From the NCBI RefSeq assembly GCF_009914755.1, contig NC_060932.1: a stretch of 64,000 nucleotides of DNA; one strand, given 5' to 3'. The notes beneath the pieces were generated by a model, which was not told the origin of the DNA, did not search any database, and saw only the letters and a list, made by a program, of their open reading frames with translations. Numbering within the stretch: the stretch's first letter is position 1; every line of letters begins with the position of its first letter. Below, one piece after another: positions 24,931 through 38,515 of this stretch. This stretch comes from the human T2T-CHM13v2.0 reference genome, Homo sapiens. Both the position numbers and the translations under genes were made by a program.

Positions 24931-25991
24931 ACCTAATATCCTAGACCTAGCCATATATAGATCTAACTAGCTCTAACATTCTGTGACTCAAGATAACTTA
25001 AAATATGTTTTCTAACATCAGAAACACTTTCAGATCTTAGTTTATGCTATGGTTTTTAAAAATATTATTTTCTTTTCTTGGGTGTAAGCATTGATCCAAC
25101 AAGGTTTAGGTCAAAGATATTTCATTTTGAATTCCTTTGCGCCCAAGCCAACCCATCATTTTTTGAAGAGTAATAGAAACAAAACTGTCAGGATTTTCAA
25201 AATTGATGGAAGGTGGCCTTTGGCAGTCTTTTGAATTTGCTCTCTAGGCTCATGCAAAACATGCAAAATAAAGCTTCAAGCTTTCTTTGAAAATGAAATT
25301 GGTTTGAAACTAATAGGGATTTGGAAACAGACAGCTGAGCAGATTTCCTTCTGTAAATATCACGTGAGTTCTCCATGGGGCATGGAAATTCGAGGAATTT
25401 AAAAATAGTCTTTGGTCATTAATAGATCAAAGTGTTACTTCTGGAATATGAGAAGGTGATATTAAGTTCTCATCTAAGAAAGAAAAGGGAAGATTTGGCT
25501 TTTTTTTTTTAAAAAAAGTATATTCATATAAAGTATCTTTTTGTAGACTGTAAGCAGTATCTTTATCCACGTCCTGGAAGACAGATGGTTATTAATCTTA
25601 ATAAAATGAGAGGTCATGAGAGCATTAAGTTGAGAAATTTCAATGAATAAGGTTGAGACGAACTTTTCCCAGATATCATCTGAAAACTGCCTTAGATAAG
25701 TTTTAAAATGAGTCTGACTTTGCATAATAATGGAGAATATAGATGTAAATATTTTATGGACATTAACAAATAGGTAGGATATTGATAAATTAATTCTTTA
25801 ATGAAACATGTTAAGTATAATGGCTCTGACATTTATTAAGTACCTTCTGTGAACTAGTTATTTATATAAATTGCCAGAATTAATCCACGTAACAAACGTG
25901 TGAGGGAGATATGATTTTTCCATTAATCTTAGAGGAAACAGGCTCAGAAAGATCTGAACATTTGCTTAAGACAAAATATCTAATAAGTGGT

Positions 25992-26382
25992 TATTATGGA
26001 CTGAATGTTTGTGTCCCTGAAAAAATTCACATGTTGAAGCCTTACCCCCATTGTGATGGAATTAGGAGGTGGGAGACTTTTGGAAGTGATGAGGTTTAGT
26101 TAAGGGCAGGAAGGTAGAGCCCCAGTGATGGGATTAGTGTCCTTAAAGAAGATAACGGAAAGATCAGAGCTTTCTCTCACATGCACTGAGGAAAGGCCAT
26201 GTAGGGACATAGTGAGAAGACAACCGTCTGTAAACCAGCAAGAGAGGCCTCTCCAGGAATCAAGTCAACCAGGACCTTGGTCTTGAACTTCCCGGCTTCC
26301 AGAGCTGAGAGAGGTAAACGTCTCTTGTTTAAGCCACACACCCTGTGGTGCTTTATTATTGCAGCCCAAGCTGACTATGACA
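25992..26382 (+). mobile_element. MLT1A MaLR solo LTR inserted in a MIR (~25830-26435)
   Basis: TATTATGGACTGAATGTTTGTGTCCC...GCAGCCCAAGCTGACTATGACA with exact 5-bp TSD GTGGT. Confidence 0.9.
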
Positions 26383-27068
26383 GTGGTAGAGCTGGCATTA
26401 GATGCCCACTCTTAGATTTCAAAGTCCATGCCAACGAGGATGTGAGATCAAGAAACTGTCATGGGCTGGAGGCGTCCCATAGGCTAGATGGATGCACCAA
26501 AGGATTGTGGATCACTGTGGTCCACGGGGCAAGAGCATAATGTGGTGAAATCTTTTCCTACAAGAATAGAAACCCTGAAGGCAGGGAGATACCTTCCCAA
26601 GTCTCTCACTTCCCCACACGCCCTGCACAGCATTGGCCTCTGAGTCCTGCAGCTTTTTCTCTGTCCCTCTGACCACCCTGCTCTTTCTGCCTCAGTTCAG
26701 TTCAGCCCCCTCTCTCCACTGGGCTTCCTGCCTTCAGTCTTGCCCCTTTAGTCCATCATAACCCAGGAGTGATCTCCTTAAAACTCTTAAAACTAGAAAT
26801 GACTTATGTTACTTTCCTGCTTTAAACCTTTCTATGGCACATGGAGTGTCACTACCCCATGTGGGGAGCATTAGTGTCCCACTCTAAGGAGAACGTATGG
26901 ATGTGTGACACCACCGTGGCCGTTGTTGCCATCACAAGGTGGTGCCAAGGGCTGTAATCTGTGCCCTGGTCATGGCCCATGAGGTGAGGTCCTAAGTGCA
27001 CCCCATGTTGTCTTCTTTGTGTGATCTGATGCCATTCTTCTCATTCTCTTCCCTGCACTTTTCCTTAG

Positions 27069-27083
27069 GGTCAGCCAGATCTG
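27069..27083 (+). CDS. Candidate 15-nt frame-preserving microexon of an unidentified large + strand gene (GGTCAGCCAGATCTG; GQPDL if phase 0)
   Basis: Acceptor CTTTTCCTTAG| after a long pyrimidine tract, with no AG in 26997-27066; TGC at -15..-13; donor CTG|GTAAGT; length divisible by 3 with no internal stop in any frame. Coding status not demonstrated. Confidence 0.55.
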
Positions 27084-27689
27084 GTAAGTAGGTATGCTCT
27101 TCTAGGGATAAAGGCAGAAATAAATACAAAACTAGAGCACTCAGATTTTGAAGCTGAAATAGCATGCATATGTAAATAATGCATATTTGAAGTAATCACT
27201 GTAATGCTATTTATAGCACACCTTTTCACCCAAGGATGGCAAAACAGTTTACAAATATTCTCTTTCTAGTCCTTACTGTATTCCAATATATTGTGCTATA
27301 TGTGCAATTTTGAGCTATGAATTTCTTTCTTTCACCTTACAAACAATATCTGGGTAATTTGTTGAGTCATTTAACATAGGGTCAACACTTGGGAATCAAC
27401 GTCTTTTTGAATGCAGACTAAAACACAGCACTTGGCTGAAACAAACGTCTGAGTACTGCAGTCATCAAGCCACACTCAGGGTTGCAGAAATGCATTGAAG
27501 AACTTTTAGGGCCACTTCTCATTCTCTTGATTGAAATTAGGAAAATGGTCATTGCAAGTGTATTGAAGGCCAAGGGAGCCTCCATACGTGAGTTGTTTTA
27601 AAGGCACATTTCTTCACCATCCAGAACAGGACCCATGGCTGAGGCACAGTACTCCAAAGCACTACATAATGTCTCCCAAATCTCCCTTG

Positions 27690-28085
27690 CTCATCTTACT
27701 GCTGCTATGCTGGCCTCCTTCCATTACTAGAATATGCTGGGCATGGTCTGGACTCAGGGCCTTGGCACCTGCTGTTCTCACTGGCTGGAGGCTCTTCCCC
27801 TGCATGTCATCCCAGCTCCCTCCTCACTCCACTTTGGTCTAAAGCAGAATCCTTAATTATCCTTGCCTCCCATCACCCTGCTTTCTATTTCTCCTTTGCC
27901 TTTATCAGTATGTGGCAGATTTTATGTTTATTGGTTTATTGTTTTTCTTTCTTTTCCATAATACACACTCCATGAGAACAGAAATTTTGCCTATTTTGTT
28001 CACTGTTGTATCTACTAGTGCCTAGAACAGTGCCTGAAACATAGAAGTCCTTAGGAAATATTTGATGTAAGCAAATAGATGAACA
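27690..28085 (+). mobile_element. L2 (L2a-like) 3' fragment
   Basis: CTCAGGGCCTTGGCACCTGCTGTTC...CTCCATGAGAACAGA...TTGTTCACTGTTGTATC...GTGCCTAGAACAGTGCCTG. Confidence 0.8.
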
Positions 28086-29193
28086 AGCTGTCCCTGGCTA
28101 ACATCTGTAGGGTTACTAGAACAATCAGTATGATTATTCACAACTGTGTTTCACTGGCTCTTCTCCAGATAAACTGGTAAAGTCAATGTCTAAGCCACAT
28201 TTCGTACCTTAGTATGTGAAACTATGAATTTCCATGAGGTTTGTAATTTTAACTAAGAAATCATGTAAAGGGAAGATACTTTCATGGTTTGCAAGTTGTC
28301 CTTAAGGCAGAAACCCTCACACAAAGCAATTAATTAGCATGCAGAATAGAAAACCCTGAATTGAGAATTGCAATGCATCAATATGGTCATTATACATCAT
28401 TCCTCTTAATATGATTTGTTTCTGTCTACACAAAACATAGACAGAATGTATATTCCTATATATAACACACATGCTTTGTATTTGCTTTTGAAGACAGATT
28501 GCTTTTAAGACTTGGGGATATATGGGAAGAATCTCAGTCTTTCCAAATTCCAAACCAAAAAAGTCTCTTCTAGCTGCTAGATGCCAGATAGTTCTGTCTG
28601 CTACAGCCAGGTTTCCACAGGCCATATGCATCATCTTAAATTATGACTTTGAAGCATTTCTTTTGACCACTGTGTTCGCAATCATCCTAAGATGTCTGCT
28701 TGTGTATTTTTCTGCAAGCCATCTTCCACCCTTATCCTGTCAAGGAGAAGCTATTGAAGCTAGTAGGGTATCACTACAAGCAGATGGATTTTATTCCAGA
28801 ATCCCATTCCTGGTGAAGATGCACCATCATCAGGACCACTAGCAGTGTCCTCTCTGCAGAGTGTTTTCCAACTGGTCAGGAAATAAAGACTAGGAAATAT
28901 GTGTCTACAACTGCTTCAAAATGTGCATTTGACACATGTCTGTTTCAGGGCTGAAGTCAGTTTTGGCTTCATGCCAGCTGAAGGCAACTATGAATTATTC
29001 CAGAAGGTTAAGATCCCCATGTGGCTCCAAGGCTGGCCTGAAAACGAACCCATTCCAAACTTGGTCCCTCAGCAGTGGGATCCCGAAGGCCAGAGCTGGG
29101 TTTGGCAGATGGGGTGAGTTTCTCAGAGACAGAAGTAGGGAAGATAAGTAGGGTGTAAAAACCATGTTCAACCTAAGAGTAAGAAAGGGAGGG

Positions 29194-29790
<597 letters not shown>

Positions 29791-30929
29791 TGGAAACTTT
29801 CAAGTCTGATGATTCGGTGTGATGGGGCAACATGGGAGCAGGTATGAGGCAAAGCTGACAAGGAGTGATGTGAGCGCAGTACAGTGGGGCTTTCTAGGGG
29901 TATGGAGCAACCCCTGTGTTTCCATGGCTGCGTCCTCCAGTTGCCTCTGTCTTAGTGCATTGCATGGCACCATCCTCCAGCTGTCTCTGTCTTAGTGCAT
30001 TGCATGGCACCCCATGGGTTTGACTTAAAGGTCCACAGTCAGAATGGACACAGATTTAATCTGCGAAGAGGGTAATAGAGCAGAAAGAGTGCCCGTGACA
30101 TTTGCTAATGACAGCACACAGAGAAGGAGAGGCATCCAGCCCTTTTGAAAGAAGATAGAAACTCAATATACTCGTGGAAAAGTTGAAGACTAGTCAGTTG
30201 CAACCAGAATGGAATACAAGATGTACATGGAGAGGGAGGGAAAAGCAACCTGTTCAAGTATGAGATCAAAAATGAGAGGTTTTGTGATTTTCTGGACGGC
30301 ATGGCTGTGTTTTGCTGTTAAAGAATTAAGAAGGAAGCTGAGATTCTGTCTTGGGGCAAGAACCAGAACAGCCCTCTATTCCTCACCCTGAGTGTCCTGG
30401 GTGGATCTGATCCTCTTAAAGAGACCCCTCCTCTGAGTTTGTCTAATAGAAAGCAGAGACAAAAAGTGTATATCCTGTATAAATATCATTAGCATCGCAT
30501 GCCTGTGGGATAGAGTGCATGTTATGTGGTGGTAGTGGCCAAGAGGCATTACAGGACTTGTGTCCCCTAATGATGGCCAAAATGAATTCACGACCTCTCC
30601 TCCCATTATACAATGACAAGATCAAAGATCAGGTAATATTTTAATAATTACTGGAACAAGAAAGATGGAGAAATCTGATGGGGTTGGTGCAGGAAGCATT
30701 TTGGAAGTTTTAGTATAACCAGAGCATGAGGATGGTGAGGATATCAAGTAGGTGTGGGAGGTGAAGGGGAGCTAGCAGAAAATCAATGGAGCTAATTCAG
30801 AGGCTTAGACAAAAGTGAAATATAATAAGGAATATCCAAACTAGAGAAAAAAAAACCTATGGGTTACTATATGGTGGGCATCTGGTGACCATCCAGTGTT
30901 ACAAATAAACTAAATTCCAGTCTAGTAAG

Positions 30930-31100
30930 TAACATTTATGTGACACTGTTGAGGCTGTAAAGAATGTCTGCATATAATGTAAACTGCTTTTTCCAGCAAC
31001 CCTGTGGAGTAAGTGTAGTGTTATTATCCTCACTTCACAGGTGAGGAAGTGAGACCCAGAAAACTTAAATGACTGTCTCAAGGCCACAGAACAGGTCTTA
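30930..31100 (-). mobile_element. MIR
   Basis: CAGCAACCCTGTGGAGT...TTATCCTCACTTCACAGGTGAGGAAGTGAGACCCAGA...TCAAGGCCACA. Confidence 0.7.
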
Positions 31101-32269
31101 GTTGGCATAATGCACACCTAGCTGCTGAAACAGACAATTCCCAAAGCAAAGGGACTTATTAATAGAGTTGTATGCTTGCAATCCACCAGTAAAATTAAGT
31201 ACAGCATAAGGAAGAGGTTTCAGGCATTAAATTGTAACCAAAGTGTTAATAAGGGTTGTGATAGTTTGGTGGGTTTAGGGTTTTATTCCTATTATCTTTT
31301 TTTCATTTTTGCAATAGAGTTGCATTATTTTTATAATGACTATAATAATTTTACAATTGACAAAAGATTTATAATTTGATAGAAGATCCTCTGATTACTC
31401 TCTGAACTTAAGGATAGACTCATCTAAGAGCTTCTTCCATCCTGCACCTCACGTCCAATTATTTCTTAGACAGTAGAAGTGCTCTGTAGGAAGAAGAGAA
31501 ATCTCATAAGATGTTTGCTGACCTGCTGAATAGTTTGTGGTGATGTATAAACTGAGCCAACCCTATTTCTCTTTTAAATGGTGTTAATTTAGAAAAACAA
31601 GTTCTGGCTAAGGGATAAAAGAGGACATATGGAAATGAAAGATTAAGCGATTAATTGAGGAGAAAAAGCTGTGCAGTTGGGCTCTGTCCTATATTGGATG
31701 TTCATTACGCCAACTAATGGATAATATATAATTATGAAAAGACATTGTCGGAACAGCACCCAAGTCTATTGATTTTGCCATCATGAGTACATTATGCTCT
31801 ATCTTCACGAGATTAAAACGAATGGAGAGGGTAACAAGATTCTCTATGAATTAGAGTCATTCATTTTCATTTCGAGAAAGGGAAGTTTGCTATATTTTCA
31901 GCATTTTAATTGAGATCTAGCAGATGAGAACTTTACAAGGCAATAATTTTAAACAGAATTTATTTCTATCTTAACAGTAAATTGGTATAATGATACCAAT
32001 GTTAGTCTCAAGGTAAAATGTTGAAGAGATTTAGCACCATAGAGGAAAGACAGCTTGCAACTGATGTTGATACTGCTAATTGTGCTAGCCAGTCTCGTGT
32101 ATTTTAATACATGGTAGGTAAAAATGCCGCATTACATAATTAGGTTTTTAAAATTCAGCAGATATTTACTACATATCTACCAAAAGCAAGGCCCTATTTT
32201 ATAGGTAATAAAAAGAATTTTAGTATATGTTCCTTCCCTTCAAAAAAGATAGTTAGGAAGACAATTAAT

Positions 32270-32450
32270 AATAATAATAGCAACAGCATCAACGTTTGTT
32301 GGGCACTTAAAATGAACCTAGCCTTGAGTGCATTGTTTTTACTGGCATTAAATCACTTAATCCCCGCAAGATCCCTGTAAGTGCCATATTTCTATTCCTA
32401 TTTTATTAGATGAGGAGATGGAGGTGGAGAGTGTTTATCTAGCTTTGTCA
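32270..32450 (-). mobile_element. MIR
   Basis: CACTTAATCCCCGCAAGATCCCTGTAAG...TTCCTATTTTATTAGATGAGGAGATGGAGG. Confidence 0.65.
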
Positions 32451-34284
32451 GATAAGCAGTGGTTCTACATAAATGAATTTCCAGGTAACTGAAGAAATAT
32501 TCAAAGCCCCTACATCTATATGTTCTAAATAGACTTCTACATGTTTTAATCATTTTGGATGAACTTGTGCTAAAGTGTGTGCAAAAGTTCCACCTTAAAC
32601 AGGATTCTGGAAATCTTTCCTTAATGACTTAGGCCACTTATGGAGTACCTCAGATGTTTCCTTTTAACTTGGTGATTTGGGGGCTACAGCTTCTACTGTG
32701 CGTGGTGCACAGTAGGATTGACAGGAACCAAAATAGTTAGAATTTTATGTAAAATAAGAGTAAATTATCTCTAAATAAAGCCCAGATGAATTTTCTTTAG
32801 ACAATGTAATACATTTTTTTAAATAAACTTCCTGTATTTTGGGCATTAGGGCTTTTAGTCATTTGTTTATTTTGTGGTCTCTCTTTCTCACTCTCTCTTT
32901 TTTTTTTGTTCTAAGCTGTGTTTTGAGGAGTTAGCTTGTGGAATAAGAGAGTTGATACCATTGCATATGTTGCAAGAAAGAAACAATACTTTTTTTTTGT
33001 ATAATTGGTGTAGGATCACTAAATCCATACCATAGTTTATAAATTGTTTAATCTGAAATTGTTAATATGGTTCAGAAAGACTTCAATTTTTGGTTCCATG
33101 ATAAAAATATACATTTATATGCATGTGGTATTATCAGAGTTGTTGAAGGTGTGTGAACACTCCTTTCCCAGAATACTGCATATTTTAGTGAGTGGAGAAA
33201 GAATGAAGGGAGGAGGGATTATAAAGAGTTGTCATGCATACACTATGTCATGGTAAATAACAGCTCAGAGCCAAGTGTTGAGAAACTGGCCTTCCTTAAA
33301 AAGTTAGCACCCGATCAGAGCTACCATTAGTCTTTAAGAATCAATTCCGCTGCCCAAAAGCTCAGACTGAGTTGACAAAACCTCAAAGGAATCCTGGAAT
33401 ATGGAACCTGTATGTTCTGTCCACTGGGGAGATTTGTATCTTTTTTCATGTTAATAATGGCATTGAGGGACCCTATATATGTTGGTAAATTAGTAAGCAT
33501 GGAAACTTCAGTTATAGAAATGCCAGTAAATAAGTTCAGAATAGATCAGGGAAGAGGTTAACTATGGTAGGTTGATGATGCAACTGTGCCATGCTTTTGG
33601 AAGTGTTATTTTGGAGTCATTGGCATTGCTGTCAAAATCCTTACATGTCATTTAACAGTAGGCCAAATGTGAATTAAGCATCCTCACTACGTCACAGGCC
33701 ATTTAGGTGTATTCCACAGAGGATGGAACCCTTCTTGTGGGGTGTGTTCCCTGCACTCTGGTTATTCCTTGAGAAGGATGAATGCCACATGCCTAGGGGG
33801 TGGTAAAGGGAGTTTGTGCATCAGATACATATTGGAGTGAATCACCTCTGAAGTCCACCTTGCTTCTCTGCAGGTCCTTGCTGTGTGCCTGGCACTGCTA
33901 TGACTCACTGTCTTCCCCTTTATCATTGTCCCCACCTCCCACATTTACCTCTACTGAGGTCTTGGCTGCTAGTGACCTCCTAGTCATCCTTCAAGTGTCA
34001 TCTCAAATGCTTCCAGTCTTGGCATCCTCCCCACTCTCCCAGGAAGGGTTAGGAGTTTCCTTCACGAACTGCCTCAGTGTGTCAGACCCAGCTCTGGAGT
34101 GTTGATCACCTCGTGTTGTTGTCTATCTGATGATTCCCATTGTGAACATCTCACAAAGGGCACCATGTGTTAACAGACTTATATTTCTGGGGTGTAACAT
34201 AATGTTTAGAACATTACAGGTACTTATGCAATACTGTTGGAGTTTGATTCTACTCCTCTGAGAGTGTATGTCCCAAACATACCT

Positions 34285-34700
34285 ACATTGGGTAATGTAA
34301 GCTAAACTGCTTTAACAAGAAGCTCCCAAATCATTCAGTGCTGAAGAGTATGAAAACTTATCCTCACAGGTAGCAGAGGTGCTCCATTTTGGTGATAGCT
34401 CTCTTTGCAAAGTCATTCATTTCTTCTTCCACGCATGACTTTCAGGTTACTCTGCACATGGCTATCTCAGCCAGGAAAGAGGGGTGAAAGGCATATAAAA
34501 TAGAATCCATGCTCAGCCTTAAGACCCCTGCCTGCAGGGCTCTGGTTAAGAGTGAGCTGCAATACTTCAACTCATTTCCATTGGCCAGAACATCAACCTC
34601 TGACCATACCTAAGAGCTAGGGAGGCTGAGCATGGGCTCTGCTTGTGCTCAAGAAGAACGAAGAACATGCATGTTGGTGGACAGTTGCCATCTTCTCCTC
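34285..34700 (-). mobile_element. Old MaLR LTR (MLT1K/L-like)
   Basis: TCATTTCCATTGGCCAGAAC...TGACCATACCTAAG...GGGAGGCTGAG...TTGGTGGACAG; boundaries approximate. Confidence 0.55.
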
Positions 34701-35149
34701 CTCCAGACTTCCCCTTTTTTTTTAAATCATGACCATCTTCCCCATCATTTGGCTTCAAAACATTACAATTATGTTTGCCTTCTAACTCTTCTTTCTCACC
34801 TCCCACCTAGAAAGTCTGAAGGTCCTCTTTCAACGTGTGGAATCTCTTTTCCTCTCCGTGGCTTCCTTTATAGTTCAACAGAACATAATACCTTAAAGTG
34901 AATCATTAATTAATAGTAAGCTAAAAAGAATGAGAAAGGCAGAAAGCAGAGTGGCTATTACTAAATAAATTTGACCCTAGGGGAAATAAAATCATGGAAG
35001 GCAAGGTTAAGTGCACATATCTTTAACTACTTGTTTTGTTTTGAGGATTTCGAAAAGTAGTAATTAAGAGAGAAGGCAGAGAAGGAAAAAACTGGAAATA
35101 AAGGAAGACCAACCAAATAGAAAAGAAGCAAAGAATATGCAGAGCCTGC

Positions 35150-35637
35150 TGTAGCAAGGGAGTCAGTCACCATCCCCTGAGTTTGGCAGAGACTCACTTA
35201 TCACAGGCAGAGGGCTGGAAAGCTTTATAGCGGAGAAACAAATGGCTCCAGGTGTGCCCTGATGGCGGCTGATGGCCAGGGGCAGCTGGAGGCAGCTAAC
35301 TAGAAACAGGACATCCTGTGTGAGTGGTTGGGGTGTGTATTTGGCTTTCTTTGGTTGGTCTTAAGTGGGAACTGTGGACAAAACTCAGGGACACAGTCAG
35401 TTATTAATCAATTCCCAGCCATTTGGGGCTGATTGTTTCAGCAGTTTTTGTTTAGCTTCCTGGACTGTCTCTAGAGAGCAATCTGACCTCCTGCAAGTCT
35501 CACTTACAGCAGGCTGGCTTCCTGGGTTGCTTATTGTATATAAAGGGACAGTTTCCTGGCAAGATGCTACAGATTGTGGGTCAAAATTCTGTTTTTTATA
35601 TGGTCTAGCCTTGTCCATTTGTATCTTCAGTCTCTCA
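35150..35637 (-). mobile_element. ERV1 LTR (MER89/MER90-like)
   Basis: Reverse strand begins TGAGAGACTGAAGATACAAATGGACAAGGCTAGACCATATAAAAAACAGAATTTTGACCCACAATCTG; family name tentative. Confidence 0.7.
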
Positions 35638-36764
35638 AGACAATAATGTGAATGAAGAATTTTCTGTTTTATACATAAAGGTGGTGGTGGCAGTGGATGG
35701 TGGAGAGTTGGGTGCACAAGTGTTTAGGGAGAGTTTGATCCTAACAGGTACAATGAAAAGAACAAAGAATAAGAAGTGATTCTATGCATGACAAGCAACT
35801 ACTGAAGTGGCTAGGGCTTCTTCATACAGGCATAGATCAAGCTCCATTGCTATCAGAGCAAGAACACAATGGAAGGCTTTTGATCTTTATTAAAAAATAA
35901 AATTCAGAGTAAGCTGGTAACTCAACATTAACAAGCAATTGGATAATAAGTAAAGTTTAGAATGGTGTGAGCAGCACCTTAAAGATGTTGCTGGGTAAAG
36001 CCACCGTGTCATGAGATAGCCCCATAAAAACAGCCATGGCAAAAGAAAGGTGTTCAACAGAATGTGTGGGCCCTCCATTTGTCACAGAGCAAATGGCAGT
36101 CCCCAATTTTCAGTCTAAGCCTGCTCCTCAGGATACAGGCTTAGAACCTCTTTGACACGGCCTCAGCACTTCATACCATATTTCTGTTTATTGCCTGTCT
36201 GCCAGCCTGCCCCCAGATCTGCCTTGGAGATCTCTGACTGAATGTCTTCCCTGCCAGTATGTTCAGTGCCTGCATGCCTCTCTCACAGAGTAACTAACCC
36301 CAAAGTGTGTTAAATCAGCATACACAGCAAGTGTGACTTTCTACATAAACATTCTCAGACCCTTAAAACTTGCTACCAATGTCATCTCTGTTTAGCTACC
36401 ATTGTGGCAAATAGTTAATTAATTTATTCTGTCCTTTAAAGAAGAATTCCAAGAATTATGTTTTAGAGTAAATTTTAATTAGCTGTAGAATGACTTCCTT
36501 TCCTCTAATAAATTATTCATGTCTGGAGATATTTCAACTATTGGGTATAAACTTCTCGGATAAACACCACTGCCTACATTGGAACAATTAACTGAATTTT
36601 CAACAAAAGTGTCTAGAATGCCTCAGCCTGTCTCTAAGGGTGTGATGTGGTGATGTAATTCCATTCAATGGAAGAAAACATTACAAGATCTGTTAGCTTC
36701 ATTTTTCCCTCTAGTAAAATAGGAATAGCATAGAATGGAGATAATGTAGTTTGGAGAAAAGAGG

Positions 36765-36766
<2 letters not shown>

Positions 36767-36796
<30 letters not shown>
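36767..36796. repeat. (TG)15 microsatellite
   Basis: Perfect dinucleotide run. Confidence 0.97.
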
Positions 36797-36801
<5 letters not shown>

Positions 36802-36856
36802 TGCTGCACCCTCACTGACTAAATGTGCTCTTGTTAGATTTGTCACGAGTCACTAC

Positions 36857-37538
36857 TGAAACCATCTTTGCAAAATTATGACTGACACACTGAAAGAGAT
36901 CTAACTTAACTGACTCCATCTTGCTTCTAACCTCCAAGCTGTCCTTATTCATTCCTAGGCGTAGGCTGAACTAACTTTGGGAGAAGTTTAGTTTATAGTT
37001 TAAACAAAGATGGTAACAGCTCTTTCCCAAAGCAGACCTCCTTCTTGCCTGGGGACTAGATTGCCTTTGTAAGACTAACATTAGCCACAAGATTAGAAAT
37101 TATGGTTTAGGAGTCATGTAGCTTGAGTGTACAAGATTCTGACCCTCCCTAAACTTCTCCTGAGATCAGTGCTTGAGATATTTTGCAGACCCTGCACTTG
37201 ATGGATCAGCTGGCTCCACTCAGATCAATAAACTGGCTCATCCAATCTTGTGGCCCCCACCCTGGAACTGACTGAGCACAAGAAGACAGCTCCGACTCCC
37301 TATGATTTCATCCCTGACCAATCAGCACTCCTGGCTCACTGGCCTCCCCCCACTCACCAAGTTATCCTTAAAAACGCTGCCCCTCAAATACTCTGGGAGA
37401 CTGATTTGAGTAATAATAAAACTCTGGTCTCCCACACAGCCAGCTCTGCTTAAATTACTCTTTCTCTATAGCAATTCCCGTCTTGATGAATCGGTTCTGT
37501 CTAGGCAGCAGGCAAGGTGAACCCCTTGGGTGGTTACA
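36857..37538 (+). mobile_element. LTR8 (HUERS-P1) solo LTR, complete
   Basis: TGAAACCATCTTTGCAAAATTATGAC...GGCAAGGTGAACCCCTTGGGTGGTTACA; exact TSD CTAC; CCAAT and AATAAA present. Confidence 0.92.
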
Positions 37539-37552
37539 CTACCATCTAGTGG
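37537..37552 (-). promoter_or_regulatory. CTCF-like motif
   Basis: Reverse strand CCACTAGATGGTAGTG, one mismatch from the common CTCF core CCACTAGATGGCAGTG. Confidence 0.45.
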
Positions 37553-37815
37553 GGCTAAAAGGAGAGGGTAGATATGAAGCCTTCTGATTCTGAACTTTTG
37601 CTTTTAAATGGAAGAATACAGGAATGAGGCTTATTTGTCCAGAGTCATTTCATTCACTGTCTTCATGCATAAGATCTTCAGCAAACTGAAATCAGGGCAT
37701 TGAGCAAGTTCAGGACCTGAAGCAAGATAAAGATGATTACCAAAATCAATAATCCAGAAATGTGAAAAACCAAGTTATGTCAGTGTCTCTATCACTAATA
37801 ATATATGACTAGTGC

Positions 37816-38515
<700 letters not shown>

